Positions 1 to 9,532 of a DNA stretch of 64,000 nucleotides are shown piece after piece. The translations under genes and the position numbers were made by a program. Below the pieces are notes generated by a model that worked only from the letters and a program-made list of their open reading frames with translations, did no database searches and was not told the origin of the DNA. Origin of the DNA: Spirochaetia bacterium (GTDB lineage: Bacteria > Spirochaetota > Spirochaetia > SZUA-6 > Bin103); the NCBI GenBank assembly GCA_965203055.1, contig OZ241863.1:1760001-1824000 (forward strand), written 5' to 3'. The first letter of the stretch is position 1; every line of letters starts with the position of its first letter.

Positions 1-963
1 CCCGCGGGTGGCGTCGTCGGGTGAACTGCCGTCCTCGAACCGGTAGAAGCCATGGTCCCGGGTGCCGACGAGGATGGTGCGGTCGATCTGCGTGAATGCG
101 GTCAGCGCCAACGCGCTATCGTCCGCCGCGGATGGCTGCGGCTGGCGCTCGATCTCGCCCTTGGTCCAAGTATTGCCGTCGGTGGTGAAGTGAACCAACC
201 CGTTCCCGCCGGCGACGTAGAGCCGGTCGCGCGCGGCGTTGAGAAACACGCCCTCGTACGATCCGCCGCCGCCCTCAGGCTGCTCCTCGTGCTCGACAAG
301 CTCTTCGAGCGTCTCACCGCGGTACAGCTTGGCGCCGGCCGTCATCCAGTACGCGCCGAACGCGTACGCCGCGTCGACCGGGCGGCTCGCCGTGTCCTGC
401 ATTCCCTCCACCGGGCTGAAGCTGCGGCAGTCAGCGTCACTCGCGTACACGCGGTAGGTGTGTTGAGCTTCCCCCAGCGTGGTGATCGTAATCGCCAGGA
501 GCTTGCCGTCGGGGCTGCGCGGCACGGCGAACACGCGCTGCACCTGCTCGCCGGCGTCCACTCCGGCGACCTGCTTCCAGTCGGGCGACGCGGCCGCCGC
601 GGCGCGGAACAACCCGCGTTCGGTGCCGGCGCACAGGTCGTTGCCGGCAGCCGCCAGCCCGAGGACGAGCAACTCCTCGCCGCGGGATCGAGGCCGCGCC
701 ACCGGCTGCCAATCCCTGTTCTCGTCCCGGTCGACCGTGCGCCACGCGCCCCCGGCCGCCAAGTAAAAATGCCCGCCTGCCCGCACCACCGCGGTCGCCG
801 TCAGCTCATCGTTCAGGTTGCCGTTGTCGCGCCGCGCTTCGGTTGCCAGGGTGTAGAAGATTCCGCGCCCCTCGCAGCCGGCCAGCGCCAGGATCACCGC
901 CGCGGCGCCCATCCCGCGCGCGGCCGCCGCCAGCGCGCCCCGCCGCCGCCCGGTCAAGCCCAT
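1..963 (-). CDS. Putative lipoprotein, partial (runs off the window start)
   Basis: ATG at 963 overlaps the upstream gene's TGA. Reads MGLTGRRRGALAAAARGMGAAAVILALAGC-EGRGIFYTL, with an LAGC lipobox. Absent from the ORF track, consistent with no stop inside the window. Confidence 0.75.
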   Translation of the reverse strand, partial: MGLTGRRRGALAAAARGMGAAAVILALAGCEGRGIFYTLATEARRDNGNLNDELTATAVVRAGGHFYLAAGGAWRTVDRDENRDWQPVARPRSRGEELLVLGLAAAGNDLCAGTERGLFRAAAAASPDWKQVAGVDAGEQVQRVFAVPRSPDGKLLAITITTLGEAQHTYRVYASDADCRSFSPVEGMQDTASRPVDAAYAFGAYWMTAGAKLYRGETLEELVEHEEQPEGGGGSYEGVFLNAARDRLYVAGGNGLVHFTTDGNTWTKGEIERQPQPSAADDSALALTAFTQIDRTILVGTRDHGFYRFEDGSSPDDATRG

Positions 964-1637
964 CAGAAGTGATACACCGCGGTGGCGGTGGCGGTAACGA
1001 AGTTGCCGAATATGTGGGGGTTGCCCTCCCCGCCCGACCACGGCGGCTCCCAGGTGAACCAGTACTCCGCGGTGACCCCGAATGACCAGTCCTCGGTGGC
1101 GCGCCAGAGGAACGACGCGGCCGGCTGCAGCGCGAAGGCGACGCTGGTCTTGTCCACCAGCCGCATGACCGTGGCGCCCAGACCCAGCATCAGCGGAATC
1201 TCGAACTGCGGCGTGTTGATCACGTAGCCGCCGCGCACCAGGATCGGCACCAGATACAGCAGCGCCTGGTTGATGTCGCCGGCCACCGCGCCGCTCACCT
1301 CCATGCCGAGGGTGAACGACGGGTTCAGGTAGGCGTTCCAGCTCACCGCGCCGGTGCCCATCACCGACAAGTTGGGCGCCAGCGCGATTCGGCTTCCATG
1401 CTCGTAGGTTTCGACCGCCTCGGTTGCGAGCAGAAACAGCGGGAATCCCGCGCCCAGGCGGATCGACAACGCGCTGTCGCCCAGGTCATAGCGCGGCGCC
1501 GAGACTTCCGCCTGCTCCGGGTCCTCCGCTTCCGCTTCCTGAGAAAAGACCGCCGGCGGACACCACCACGCCGCGCCCAGCAGCCACCACGCCAAGGCGG
1601 TTCCGGGCCGGAACCGCCGCCGGTAGAGATTCGCCAC
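963..1637 (-). CDS. Small outer-membrane beta-barrel protein (TP0733/OmpW-like)
   Basis: Signal peptide ending VFS-Q, amphipathic beta-strands, C-terminal AVYHF. GTG start at 1637 chosen within the 963..2054 ORF. Confidence 0.7.
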   Translation of the reverse strand: MANLYRRRFRPGTALAWWLLGAAWWCPPAVFSQEAEAEDPEQAEVSAPRYDLGDSALSIRLGAGFPLFLLATEAVETYEHGSRIALAPNLSVMGTGAVSWNAYLNPSFTLGMEVSGAVAGDINQALLYLVPILVRGGYVINTPQFEIPLMLGLGATVMRLVDKTSVAFALQPAASFLWRATEDWSFGVTAEYWFTWEPPWSGGEGNPHIFGNFVTATATAVYHF

Positions 1638-1696
1638 TGGCGTTACCCTACTACAGGGTGGCCGGCTGCGCCAAGCCGGATCCGCCGCTACTGCTG

Positions 1697-2149
1697 CTAC
1701 TGCGCCGGCCGGCGGGCGGCGCCGGCGCCGGCGCGCTCCGCCGCGGTCTTGCGCACCCCGTCCAGCACCCCGTTTACGAAGCGATACGAATCGTCGCCGC
1801 CAAACTGCCGGGCCACGGCCACGCTCTCGTCGATGGTCACCTCCGCCGGGATGTCGGGTTGATAGAGCAGGCAGTACACGCCGAGCCGCAGTACCGACAG
1901 GTCCACCCGCGCTACCCGGTCGAGGTCCCAGTGCTGCAGATGGCAGCCGATCATGCGGTCGACCGCGGCCAGGTTCTCGATGCAACCCGCGACCAGCAGC
2001 GAGGCGAAGTCCAGCGCGCCGGCCAGTTGCCGCCGGCGGCGCGGTTCGATCCACGAGTAATCCGCCAGCTCGGCCGGCGCCGGGCGCGCGATTTCGTACC
2101 GGTACAAGGTCTGCACGGCGATGACCCGACCGTCGCGCCGCATTCCCAT
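1697..2149 (-). CDS. nusB: Transcription antitermination factor NusB
   Basis: RRDGRVIAVQTLY, WDLDRVARVDLSVLRLG, VTIDESVAVARQFG, FVNGVLD motifs. Confidence 0.95.
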   Translation of the reverse strand: MGMRRDGRVIAVQTLYRYEIARPAPAELADYSWIEPRRRRQLAGALDFASLLVAGCIENLAAVDRMIGCHLQHWDLDRVARVDLSVLRLGVYCLLYQPDIPAEVTIDESVAVARQFGGDDSYRFVNGVLDGVRKTAAERAGAGAARRPAQ

Positions 2150-2162
2150 GGGTCGCCCCTGC

Positions 2163-3242
2163 CTACCAGCGGAGGTTGGCGTCGAAGATGCGCACTTCGG
2201 CCTGCTCCCGCAGCTCCTCCAGCGTGGCCAGCAGCGCATCCTGGTACGCGCGCGCCTGCACGTTGTTGGCCAACAACACGCGAATTCGATCCCGCACGCG
2301 GCCGCCGGACTGAGGATTCACCGGATCGTCGAGCCCCAGGATCTTGGCCTGCACCTTGTCCGTGACCCGGATGATGTGAAAGCCGACGTTGGAACGCAGC
2401 ACGCCGCTGGTTTCTCCGACCTGCAGCGCGAACGGGGCTTCGAAGAACTCCTGTCCCAGAAGCTGGCCGGTGGCGGCGTCGTCGCGCCGCAGGTAGGTGC
2501 CGAAGGTGCCGCCGGCCTCGCGCGAGCCGGGGTCCTCGGAGTATTCCAGTACCAGGGCGCCGAAGTCGGCGCCGGCCGCCAGCTCGCGGTGCACTCGTTC
2601 GGCGCGCTCCCGTACCGCGGCGCGCGCCGCGTCGTCGGTGATCTGCCGGGTATCGAAGTAGATGTGCCTGAACTGGACCATGTCCGGCTGCACGAACACC
2701 GAGGTCTTGTTCGCCTCGTAGAACTCCAGCACGTCCGCCTCGGTGGGCAGCGGGACGCTGCGCAGCTCGTCGCCGCGCACCCGCGCCACGTAGCGCTGCT
2801 GGATCAACGCCTTGCGGAGCTGTTCCTGATACTCCTCCCACGACAGCCCGGTCTGGCCGACCAGCGCCTGGTACTCGTCGAGCGTCAATGGGCGGCCGAG
2901 GTTGAGCCGCTCGCTTTCCTGCTGGCGGAGCTGGTCGATGCGCGCCGCGACGTCGGCGCTGGTCACTTCGATGCGCTCCTCGGCCGCGGCCTGCTCGAAC
3001 AGCTTCTCGCCGACCAGCAGGTCGAGAATGGCGCGGCGCTGCTCCGCCGGCACCGGCTGACCGGTGCGTCCCTCCAGGAAATCCAGTTGCGTGCGTAGCT
3101 GGCGCACGCTGATCACTTCCAGCTTCTGCAGCCGCACGGTGGCCGCCGGGCTGTCGATCGCCTGGGCGGCGGCCGCGGCGGCCGCCATGAGGCCGAGAAT
3201 CAGAGCAAGAACTGTCGCGCGCGCGGCCACTGCACCCCCCAT
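2163..3242 (-). CDS. SurA/PrsA-type periplasmic chaperone, parvulin peptidyl-prolyl isomerase
   Basis: Signal peptide, SurA-N-like helical region, rotamase motifs FRHIYF, YSEDPGS..GG, GFHII. Confidence 0.88.
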   Translation of the reverse strand: MGGAVAARATVLALILGLMAAAAAAAQAIDSPAATVRLQKLEVISVRQLRTQLDFLEGRTGQPVPAEQRRAILDLLVGEKLFEQAAAEERIEVTSADVAARIDQLRQQESERLNLGRPLTLDEYQALVGQTGLSWEEYQEQLRKALIQQRYVARVRGDELRSVPLPTEADVLEFYEANKTSVFVQPDMVQFRHIYFDTRQITDDAARAAVRERAERVHRELAAGADFGALVLEYSEDPGSREAGGTFGTYLRRDDAATGQLLGQEFFEAPFALQVGETSGVLRSNVGFHIIRVTDKVQAKILGLDDPVNPQSGGRVRDRIRVLLANNVQARAYQDALLATLEELREQAEVRIFDANLRW

Positions 3243-3310
3243 TCGCCAACCCCAATATACTACGCCGCGAGCGCTTGGCGGCCGCGGCAGCCGCGCGGGC
3301 GCCGGACCGC

Positions 3311-4129
3311 CTAGCGGAGGGAGCCGGCCAGGTCGCTGAACCCGATCTTCTCTTTCAGCTTCTTCACCCCGGCCAGCTTGCTGTCCAGCTCCAGGCCGCG
3401 GCGCAGATGATCGGCGGCGCGCTCGTTGGCGCCGTGATTGGAGTAGATCTCGGCGATCTTCTTGTGGAAGAAGGCCGACTCCTTGCGCGAAATCCGGAGC
3501 TCGATCAGTTCCTCGATGTGCGCGATGACCACGGCCGCCGGCAGCAGCGGCACCATCTTGAAGCAGGTCAGGAGCCGCAACCGTTCCACCACCTCTTCGA
3601 TGAAGTGATGGAAGTAGGGGCGCTCGCGCTCATGCAGGTAGAGGCGCCGGTACAACTCCGCGGCCCGGATCAGGTCGCCGCGGCGCTCGAACGCCTCGGC
3701 CAGCAGAAACGAGCAATCCATGAAGTCGTCGTGCGGCATGTACTCGCGCAAGTCGATGTGCGCCAGCAGGAGCTGCTCGTAGGTCTCCAGCGCCTCCTCG
3801 TCGTGGGAGTGCAGCAGGTCGTAGAAGATCAGCTTGGTCTGGCTGACGTAGTCGGTGCGCCGGCGGCGCAGGAATTCGCGGTAGTCGAAGGTGACGGTGC
3901 GGAACAGGTTGGCATGGGTGCGGTCGTAGTTGACGCGCCGCTGCGGGTCGCTCAACACCTCGTAGGCGTCGATCAGCGAGCGCATCCGCTCCTCGGAGCC
4001 GGATGACGTGGAGCCGGACGACGCGGTATCGGGATGAAGCTCTTTCGCGCGGCGGCGGAAGGAGCGTTTGATCTCGACCGCGCTGGCCTGGGGAGAGACG
4101 CCGAGGGTCTTGTAGTAGTTCCGAGACAA
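3311..4129 (-). CDS. J-domain (DnaJ N-terminal) protein with helical/TPR-like C-terminus
   Basis: NYYKTLGV..IKRSFRRRAKELHPD..AYEVLSDP..R..YD. No DnaJ zinc finger. Confidence 0.85.
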   Translation of the reverse strand: MSRNYYKTLGVSPQASAVEIKRSFRRRAKELHPDTASSGSTSSGSEERMRSLIDAYEVLSDPQRRVNYDRTHANLFRTVTFDYREFLRRRRTDYVSQTKLIFYDLLHSHDEEALETYEQLLLAHIDLREYMPHDDFMDCSFLLAEAFERRGDLIRAAELYRRLYLHERERPYFHHFIEEVVERLRLLTCFKMVPLLPAAVVIAHIEELIELRISRKESAFFHKKIAEIYSNHGANERAADHLRRGLELDSKLAGVKKLKEKIGFSDLAGSLR

Positions 4130-4181
4130 AGTACCCCTTCGCCTCGCCGAGGATTACCCCTCCCTGACAACCACGACGGAC

Positions 4182-5474
4182 CTACCCGGCATTGCCTCCG
4201 CCGGGCATTGCAGGGGACGGTAGTAGATCGCCGCCGGGCATGTCAACCCACCCTTCGGCGGCGCCGCCGCGGGCATACGGCACGACGTGATCGATCTGCA
4301 GCAGGTGTTGGGAGCCACAGCGGCGCCCGCTGGTGCCGTCCACGTAGCGGCAGCGGCCCCGGTCGCGCCGCCACACCTCGCGCTTGACCGCCGCCGGGAT
4401 GGCGCGGCCGGTCGCTCCGCCGACCTTCGCTGCCGAAGTTTGGGGCCGCGGCGGCGGGGTAGCCCGCGCCGCGCCTGCCGTCGCAGCCTGCCGGCCGGGG
4501 CGCCGCGTCTTCGGCGCCGAAGTGGTATCGGTCGCCGGCTTCGCTGCCGAAGTGTCCGGGCGGTCAGCGGCTTCGTCTCCCGGCTGCGCCGCCTGAGCCG
4601 ATACCTTCGCCGCCGAAGGAGCGGCGCTGTCTGCGCCGCGCGCCGAGGCCCCCTGCGTCTTCGCCGCCGAAGTTTGCTCGGCGCCTTTGGCCGACGCGGT
4701 GCGCCGCCCGCGCGGCGGCCGGGCCGGGTCGTGGCGGTCGAGCCCTTCCCGCACCAGCCGCCCCATGAGCTGCCCCAACGTCAGGTGCGGGTCGACGTGG
4801 GACAGGAGGCCCTTGAGCCGCTCCAAGCCGCGCCGGCACTCATCGTCGATCACCGCCTTGAGTTCCCAGCGCCCGCCGCCCAGGGGCCGCACCCGATCCG
4901 CCGGCGCCGCCAGTTCCGGGTCCACCTCGGCCAGCAACTGCATCACCTGCCGGCTGCTCTTGCCGGACGCCTGCTCCACCAGCTCCCGCCGCGCCTCCGG
5001 GTTCAGCACCGGCGCCGGCTTCCGCTCCGCCGGCCGCGCCGGCGCCGCGCCGTTCTGCGACTGAGCGGCAGCCCCGAACCCGGCCCCGCCCGGCGCGCTA
5101 CGCGCCGCGCGTTCCTTCTTGCGCTCCTGCCGGTCGAACGCATGCTGCAACTGCGCCGCCGCGTTCAGCGTCATTGAGCCATTCTGCAGGCGTTCGCGCA
5201 CCCCGTCGACGTCCGCGCAGAGCCGCATCGCCTTGATGCGCCGCCACGCTGCGGCGTCGCTGTAACCCAACTCGCGCACCGCGTAATCGAACAGGCTGGA
5301 GAACCCGCGCCGCAGATACAGGCGGCGCTTATCGATCTCGCGCAGGTGATCGATCACGACCACTTCGAGATGGTGTTCGATGCCGGAAAGTTCCTTGGTC
5401 CGCTCCAGCAGGCGGTCGTCTGAGAGGGCGGAAACGGTAGTGGTGACGGCCCCGTCGGAATCATGATTGTCCAT
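4182..5474 (-). pseudogene. HNH endonuclease family protein (helical N-terminal domain, T-S-A-[AP]-K repeat linker, HNH), copy 1, HNH domain truncated
   Basis: IPAAVKREVWRRDRGRC..C..LQIDHVVPYARGG is present, but the sequence diverges after GAAE and lacks the NLRLLCAAHH seen in copy 2. Confidence 0.75.
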
Positions 5475-5480
5475 AACATA

Positions 5481-5509
5481 AGTATAATCATGGAAACTAC
5501 TTGAGTCAA
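5481..5509 (-). promoter_or_regulatory. sigma70 promoter of HNH copy 1, leaderless geometry
   Basis: TTGACT (5509-5504), 17 nt spacer, TATACT (5486-5481), 6 nt, then ATG at 5474. No SD. Conserved at copy 2. Confidence 0.75.
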
Positions 5510-5578
5510 GTTTTCGTCGGGGTAAGATACCGCAAGCGGGCGTGGCTGGGGCTCTTTTCCAAACGGCTGAGCGTTACA

Positions 5579-8500
5579 TCAGAAGCTATTGCCGAGAATG
5601 TCGCCGGCGTCGACAGGGCGCGATCTGCGGGGTACCGGAGGGCCGGCGGCGATGCCGGCGCGGGCTTCGGCGGCGGCGCGGTCGGCGTTGAGGGCGAGCA
5701 GGCGGGCGAGCACTTCGTCGCGGACTTCATCTGGCCAACGCCAGCGGTAGGGCTTCTTCTTGCGGCCCCAGGAGGCTTCGTCGATCTCGTAGTCGAGGAG
5801 GAGGTCGCAGTCGGTGGGAATGTCGGTCCAGCCGTAGGCGTCGAGCACGGCGCGGTCCATGGCGGCGTGCAGCTCGCGCAGCTCGGCGATGCGCGGGTCG
5901 GTCTCGTAGAGGTCGTGGAAGCGGTTGTAGGTGCTGGTCATGCCCTCGTCGTTGTCCACCATGAGCGCGGCGCGGTACTCGTAATACGCCTTGCCGGCGG
6001 CTTCTAGAGCGGGACGGGTGTCCCAGCCTTCCGGGAACGGGAAGGTATCGAAGCAGTCCGAGGGGGTGTATTGCAGGGCATCCCCGAGCGTAGAGCTAAA
6101 GAACCTCGCCCATATTTCATGTATACGGGACTGAAGAACGCAAAACGGCGCCAATCTGTGAAACGGGAAGACGACTATTTTCTCGTTACATATCATTTTA
6201 TTGGGAAGAATCGTAAACGCGAATGAATCGCCAATTCTTGAAATAACCAGTATTCTTTCGAGATCGGTGATAGCGGCATGGAGCGCGGGCTGCCGGTCAC
6301 CAAACTGCCACCAACGGTCTCGTCGTACTTGTCGGTTTACCTTCATTCGCTCCGGTTTGACCCGCTCCTCGACAATCGCCATCAAGTCCGGCCAGCGCCG
6401 CCGGCACTCCGCCTCGCTTCGCTCGCCGAAGTTGATGACGTAGCGATGGTGCGCGTGAGTAGGACTGGTATTTACTTCCTGGCCGCCGATGTAGGGGAAG
6501 ATCACCTCGCGGTTGCGCGAGTCCTGATCGATCAGCCGCCGCATCTCGGCAAGCGGTGATGCGACTCCTTTCCGGTCGGTGTCGTCGAACGTAAAGCCCA
6601 TGCCGAGCACGATGCTGCCCTGAAAGCTCTTGCCGGCGTTGGCCGCCAGCCGCACCGGATCGGCATGCCCGCCCCGATGAAACAGAAACGCCGTGACGCG
6701 CTCCACCGGGGCGCCGTCGAGCATCCTCTTGCCGGCAAACTCGCCCTTGGCGACGTGCACCACGCTGACCACCACCGCGGCATCGCCCGGCCACTTGACG
6801 CGCTTGACGGCGCGGTAGATTTCCCCGCCGCGCTCGCAGATCCAGCGCAGGCCGCTGGAACGGGTGTCGCCCTGGGCGATGGTGTTGGTGGCGATCAGGC
6901 CGAACGCGCCGCCGCCGCGCAGCAGGTCGAACGCGCGCCGGTAGAAGTGCGCCACCAGGTCGGCGTTGCCGTGGCTCTGCGCGTGCAGTTCCTTGAGCCA
7001 GCTCGGATAGCCGGCGACGTTGCCGGCGGCAACGTTGTTCTTGCCCGCGAACGGCGGGTTGCCGACGAAGCCGTCGAAGCCCGGGTTCGCGCGCTCGAAC
7101 ACCTCGGGGAACTCGATCTCCCAGTGGAACGGCGCGAACGGCATCTCGGCGTTACGGCGCGTCTTCAACTCCGCAGCGTGGCGCCGCGCCTGCCGCGTCA
7201 GGATCGCTTCCTGATACGCCTCCCGGCGCGCCGCGCGCTCCTTCGGCTTCGAGCCCTCGAAGAACGCCGCCAGCGTCAGATCGCCGAACCGCCGCACCTC
7301 CGCCAGCGCGTCCTGCGCGCGGCGCCACAGACTCTGCAACTCGCGGTCGGTCACGGTGTCGTCCGCAGTGCGAATCTGGCGCCGCAACGCCGCGGCTTCC
7401 GCCAACTTCTCGCGCACCCCGAAGCCGGCCAGGATCGGCTGCCCGCCCTGCCAGTGCAGCGCTTCGAGCTGCCGCCGCGTCAGCCCGACGAGCGAGTCGC
7501 CGCGGCGGAAGGCGTGGTCCACGAAGGTGAACGGATGGTCGCGCGCCAGCGTGCTCAGCCACAGCGACACCTTGGCCAAGTCTACCGCCATCGGGTTGCG
7601 GTCGATGCCGTACAGACACTTCTGCGCCACCAGCCGGCGCGCGAAGGTCACCTCGTCTTCATCCGCCGGGATGTCAGGCAGCGCGCCGTGCGCGCCCCAC
7701 GCCTCGATCAGCGCGTCGGCCAACTGGCGGCAGGTCTCCACCAGAAACGCCCCCGAACCCATCGCCGGATCGCAGATCTTGAGATCGAGCACCTGCTCCG
7801 GGCGCGGCGGGCCGCTGTCCGCACCGCGCAGCCGCTCCAGCAGCGGCGCCAGGGTGTGGCGCACGATCGGCTCGGTCAGCTCCCGCGGCGTGTAGTGCGA
7901 GCCGGAACGGCGCCGCTCCTCGTTAGGCTGCAGCACCAGCCCGCCGCGCGGCACCAGGTCCGGCGTCGCGGCGTGATCCAGCACCCGGTCCAGCGCCGCG
8001 TGCAGGTCGTTCACCGTCCGCGCCGCGCGCAGCCCCTTCGTAACCGAGGCGCTGACGGGGCGGTCCGCGCGCTCCTGCAGCCAGCGCCCGCGGCGCCCCG
8101 CAGGCTGCGCCAGCAGCGCGTCCAGGTCGATGGTGGTGGGCGCCCCCAGCTTCTTGGCCGGCTTGACCGCCAGCGAACGCCCGGTGGCAGTCTCCAGCCG
8201 AAACCCCATGATCGTCTCGTACACCGAGCCGATCTGCTCCACGTCCAACGTCCGGTAGGAGAGCCGCTCCCCGTCCAGCACCAGCAGCTTTTCCAGCACC
8301 CGGTAGACCACTCCGTCCGACACCCGCGGCGGCTCCAGCCGCGCGTTCCGCTGCCGCGACCCGCTGCCGCTGCGGCCTTCCAGGAACCGGTAGCGGTCCG
8401 GGTCGAACAGCGCCCCGCGGCGCTCCGGCAGACTCACCGCGCCGCCGGTGCGGTCGGCCGGCACCCCGTCGTGGAGCAGGCGGAACAGCACCACCAACTG

Positions 8501-9532
8501 CGCCCAGGCGCCATAGCGCTGGTCCATCGTGTCCGGGTAGCCCGCAGCGTCCTTGCGCAGCCGCTGGTAGAGGCCGCCCAGCAAGTAGTGGCGCGCGAAG
8601 GTCTCGTCCTTTGGCAGCAGCAGGCCGCGCTCTTCCGCGTACAGCAGGAACGCCAGCCGCAGGATCACGGTGAGCAGCCCGCGGTAGATGGCGTTGCGGT
8701 CTCCGCCGGCGGCCAGCGGTTCGCTTAGCAGCGCGCCGTCGGTGGCGGCATGGGCGTTCTGGAAGCCGCGCACCAGTTCGTACAGCGCGTGCAGCACCTG
8801 TTCGGCGAGGCGCTCGGAGACTTCGTTTTGATACAGCCGGCTGTCGGCCAGCACGGCGGTGAGGCGTTCATGGCGCGGCAGCGCCAGCAGGCGCTGTTCG
8901 GACAGGAGCAGGTGCAGGGCGGAGCAGAGCGGGCGCCCGGCGGTGGTGAGCAGGTCGGCGAAGCGGAAGTCCATCCAGCCGGAACTTTCGCCGCGCGGGG
9001 CGGAGATCAGGCGCAGCGCAACGCCGTTGACCAGCACGCCGACGGGCACCCCGGTGGCGCGCAGCAGGCGCTCGGCGCGCCCCTGGGCGGATGCGTCCAG
9101 CCCGCCGGCGCCGGGCGCCGGGCGGTCGAACTCCTGCCCGGCGGCCAGCACCTGCACCAGCAGTTGCCACGGGGAGTCGCCGCTGCCGGGATCGCGCTCG
9201 CGCACCGCGAAGTCGGGGCGCAGGGTCTCGCCGTAATCGGGCAGCGGCAGCGTGAGTTCTTCAGGGATCGGAGCCTCTTCAGTGAAGCCGGCGTAGCCCC
9301 GGGGCGAGAAGCCCCAGCCGAGCACCGCAGCGGCGAACTCGCGGAAGTCTCGGATGCGCGGCTGCGGGTTGCCGCCCGGAGCGAGCTCGCGTTTCTCGGT
9401 GCAGCCGGCGAGCAGCGCCTGCCGGTGGGCGTTGTCGGGTCTCAGCGTGACGGCGCCGACCGTGACCTTTACGGCGGCGCCTTCCGGCGGCACCGACGCG
9501 ACCGGCATCGCCAACCTGGCGGCGGGCGGCAA
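5579..9532 (-). CDS. Large Type IIG/Eco57I-like (DrmMI/PglX-related) N6-adenine DNA methyltransferase with C-terminal target-recognition domain; true N-terminus uncertain
   Basis: GSHYTPREL, motif I CDPAMGSGAFL, motif IV VGNPPF, C-terminal YTPSDCFDTFPFP and LHAAMDRAVLDAYGW. Confidence 0.88.
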   Translation of the reverse strand: MPPAARLAMPVASVPPEGAAVKVTVGAVTLRPDNAHRQALLAGCTEKRELAPGGNPQPRIRDFREFAAAVLGWGFSPRGYAGFTEEAPIPEELTLPLPDYGETLRPDFAVRERDPGSGDSPWQLLVQVLAAGQEFDRPAPGAGGLDASAQGRAERLLRATGVPVGVLVNGVALRLISAPRGESSGWMDFRFADLLTTAGRPLCSALHLLLSEQRLLALPRHERLTAVLADSRLYQNEVSERLAEQVLHALYELVRGFQNAHAATDGALLSEPLAAGGDRNAIYRGLLTVILRLAFLLYAEERGLLLPKDETFARHYLLGGLYQRLRKDAAGYPDTMDQRYGAWAQLVVLFRLLHDGVPADRTGGAVSLPERRGALFDPDRYRFLEGRSGSGSRQRNARLEPPRVSDGVVYRVLEKLLVLDGERLSYRTLDVEQIGSVYETIMGFRLETATGRSLAVKPAKKLGAPTTIDLDALLAQPAGRRGRWLQERADRPVSASVTKGLRAARTVNDLHAALDRVLDHAATPDLVPRGGLVLQPNEERRRSGSHYTPRELTEPIVRHTLAPLLERLRGADSGPPRPEQVLDLKICDPAMGSGAFLVETCRQLADALIEAWGAHGALPDIPADEDEVTFARRLVAQKCLYGIDRNPMAVDLAKVSLWLSTLARDHPFTFVDHAFRRGDSLVGLTRRQLEALHWQGGQPILAGFGVREKLAEAAALRRQIRTADDTVTDRELQSLWRRAQDALAEVRRFGDLTLAAFFEGSKPKERAARREAYQEAILTRQARRHAAELKTRRNAEMPFAPFHWEIEFPEVFERANPGFDGFVGNPPFAGKNNVAAGNVAGYPSWLKELHAQSHGNADLVAHFYRRAFDLLRGGGAFGLIATNTIAQGDTRSSGLRWICERGGEIYRAVKRVKWPGDAAVVVSVVHVAKGEFAGKRMLDGAPVERVTAFLFHRGGHADPVRLAANAGKSFQGSIVLGMGFTFDDTDRKGVASPLAEMRRLIDQDSRNREVIFPYIGGQEVNTSPTHAHHRYVINFGERSEAECRRRWPDLMAIVEERVKPERMKVNRQVRRDRWWQFGDRQPALHAAITDLERILVISRIGDSFAFTILPNKMICNEKIVVFPFHRLAPFCVLQSRIHEIWARFFSSTLGDALQYTPSDCFDTFPFPEGWDTRPALEAAGKAYYEYRAALMVDNDEGMTSTYNRFHDLYETDPRIAELRELHAAMDRAVLDAYGWTDIPTDCDLLLDYEIDEASWGRKKKPYRWRWPDEVRDEVLARLLALNADRAAAEARAGIAAGPPVPRRSRPVDAGDILGNSF

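Noticed and set aside
52..972. 306-aa plus-strand ORF
   Set aside because: Antisense to a minus-strand frame that has a lipobox and a stop/start overlap with the upstream gene.
4425..4672. Palindromic repeats as a canonical CRISPR array
   Set aside because: Repeats are only 14 bp, spacing is irregular and always a multiple of 3 inside a CDS, and no cas genes are present; kept as a non-CRISPR finding.
5579..9532. Complete DISARM or BREX system
   Set aside because: No helicase, PglZ, Brx or DrmABC genes in the window; only the methyltransferase is present.
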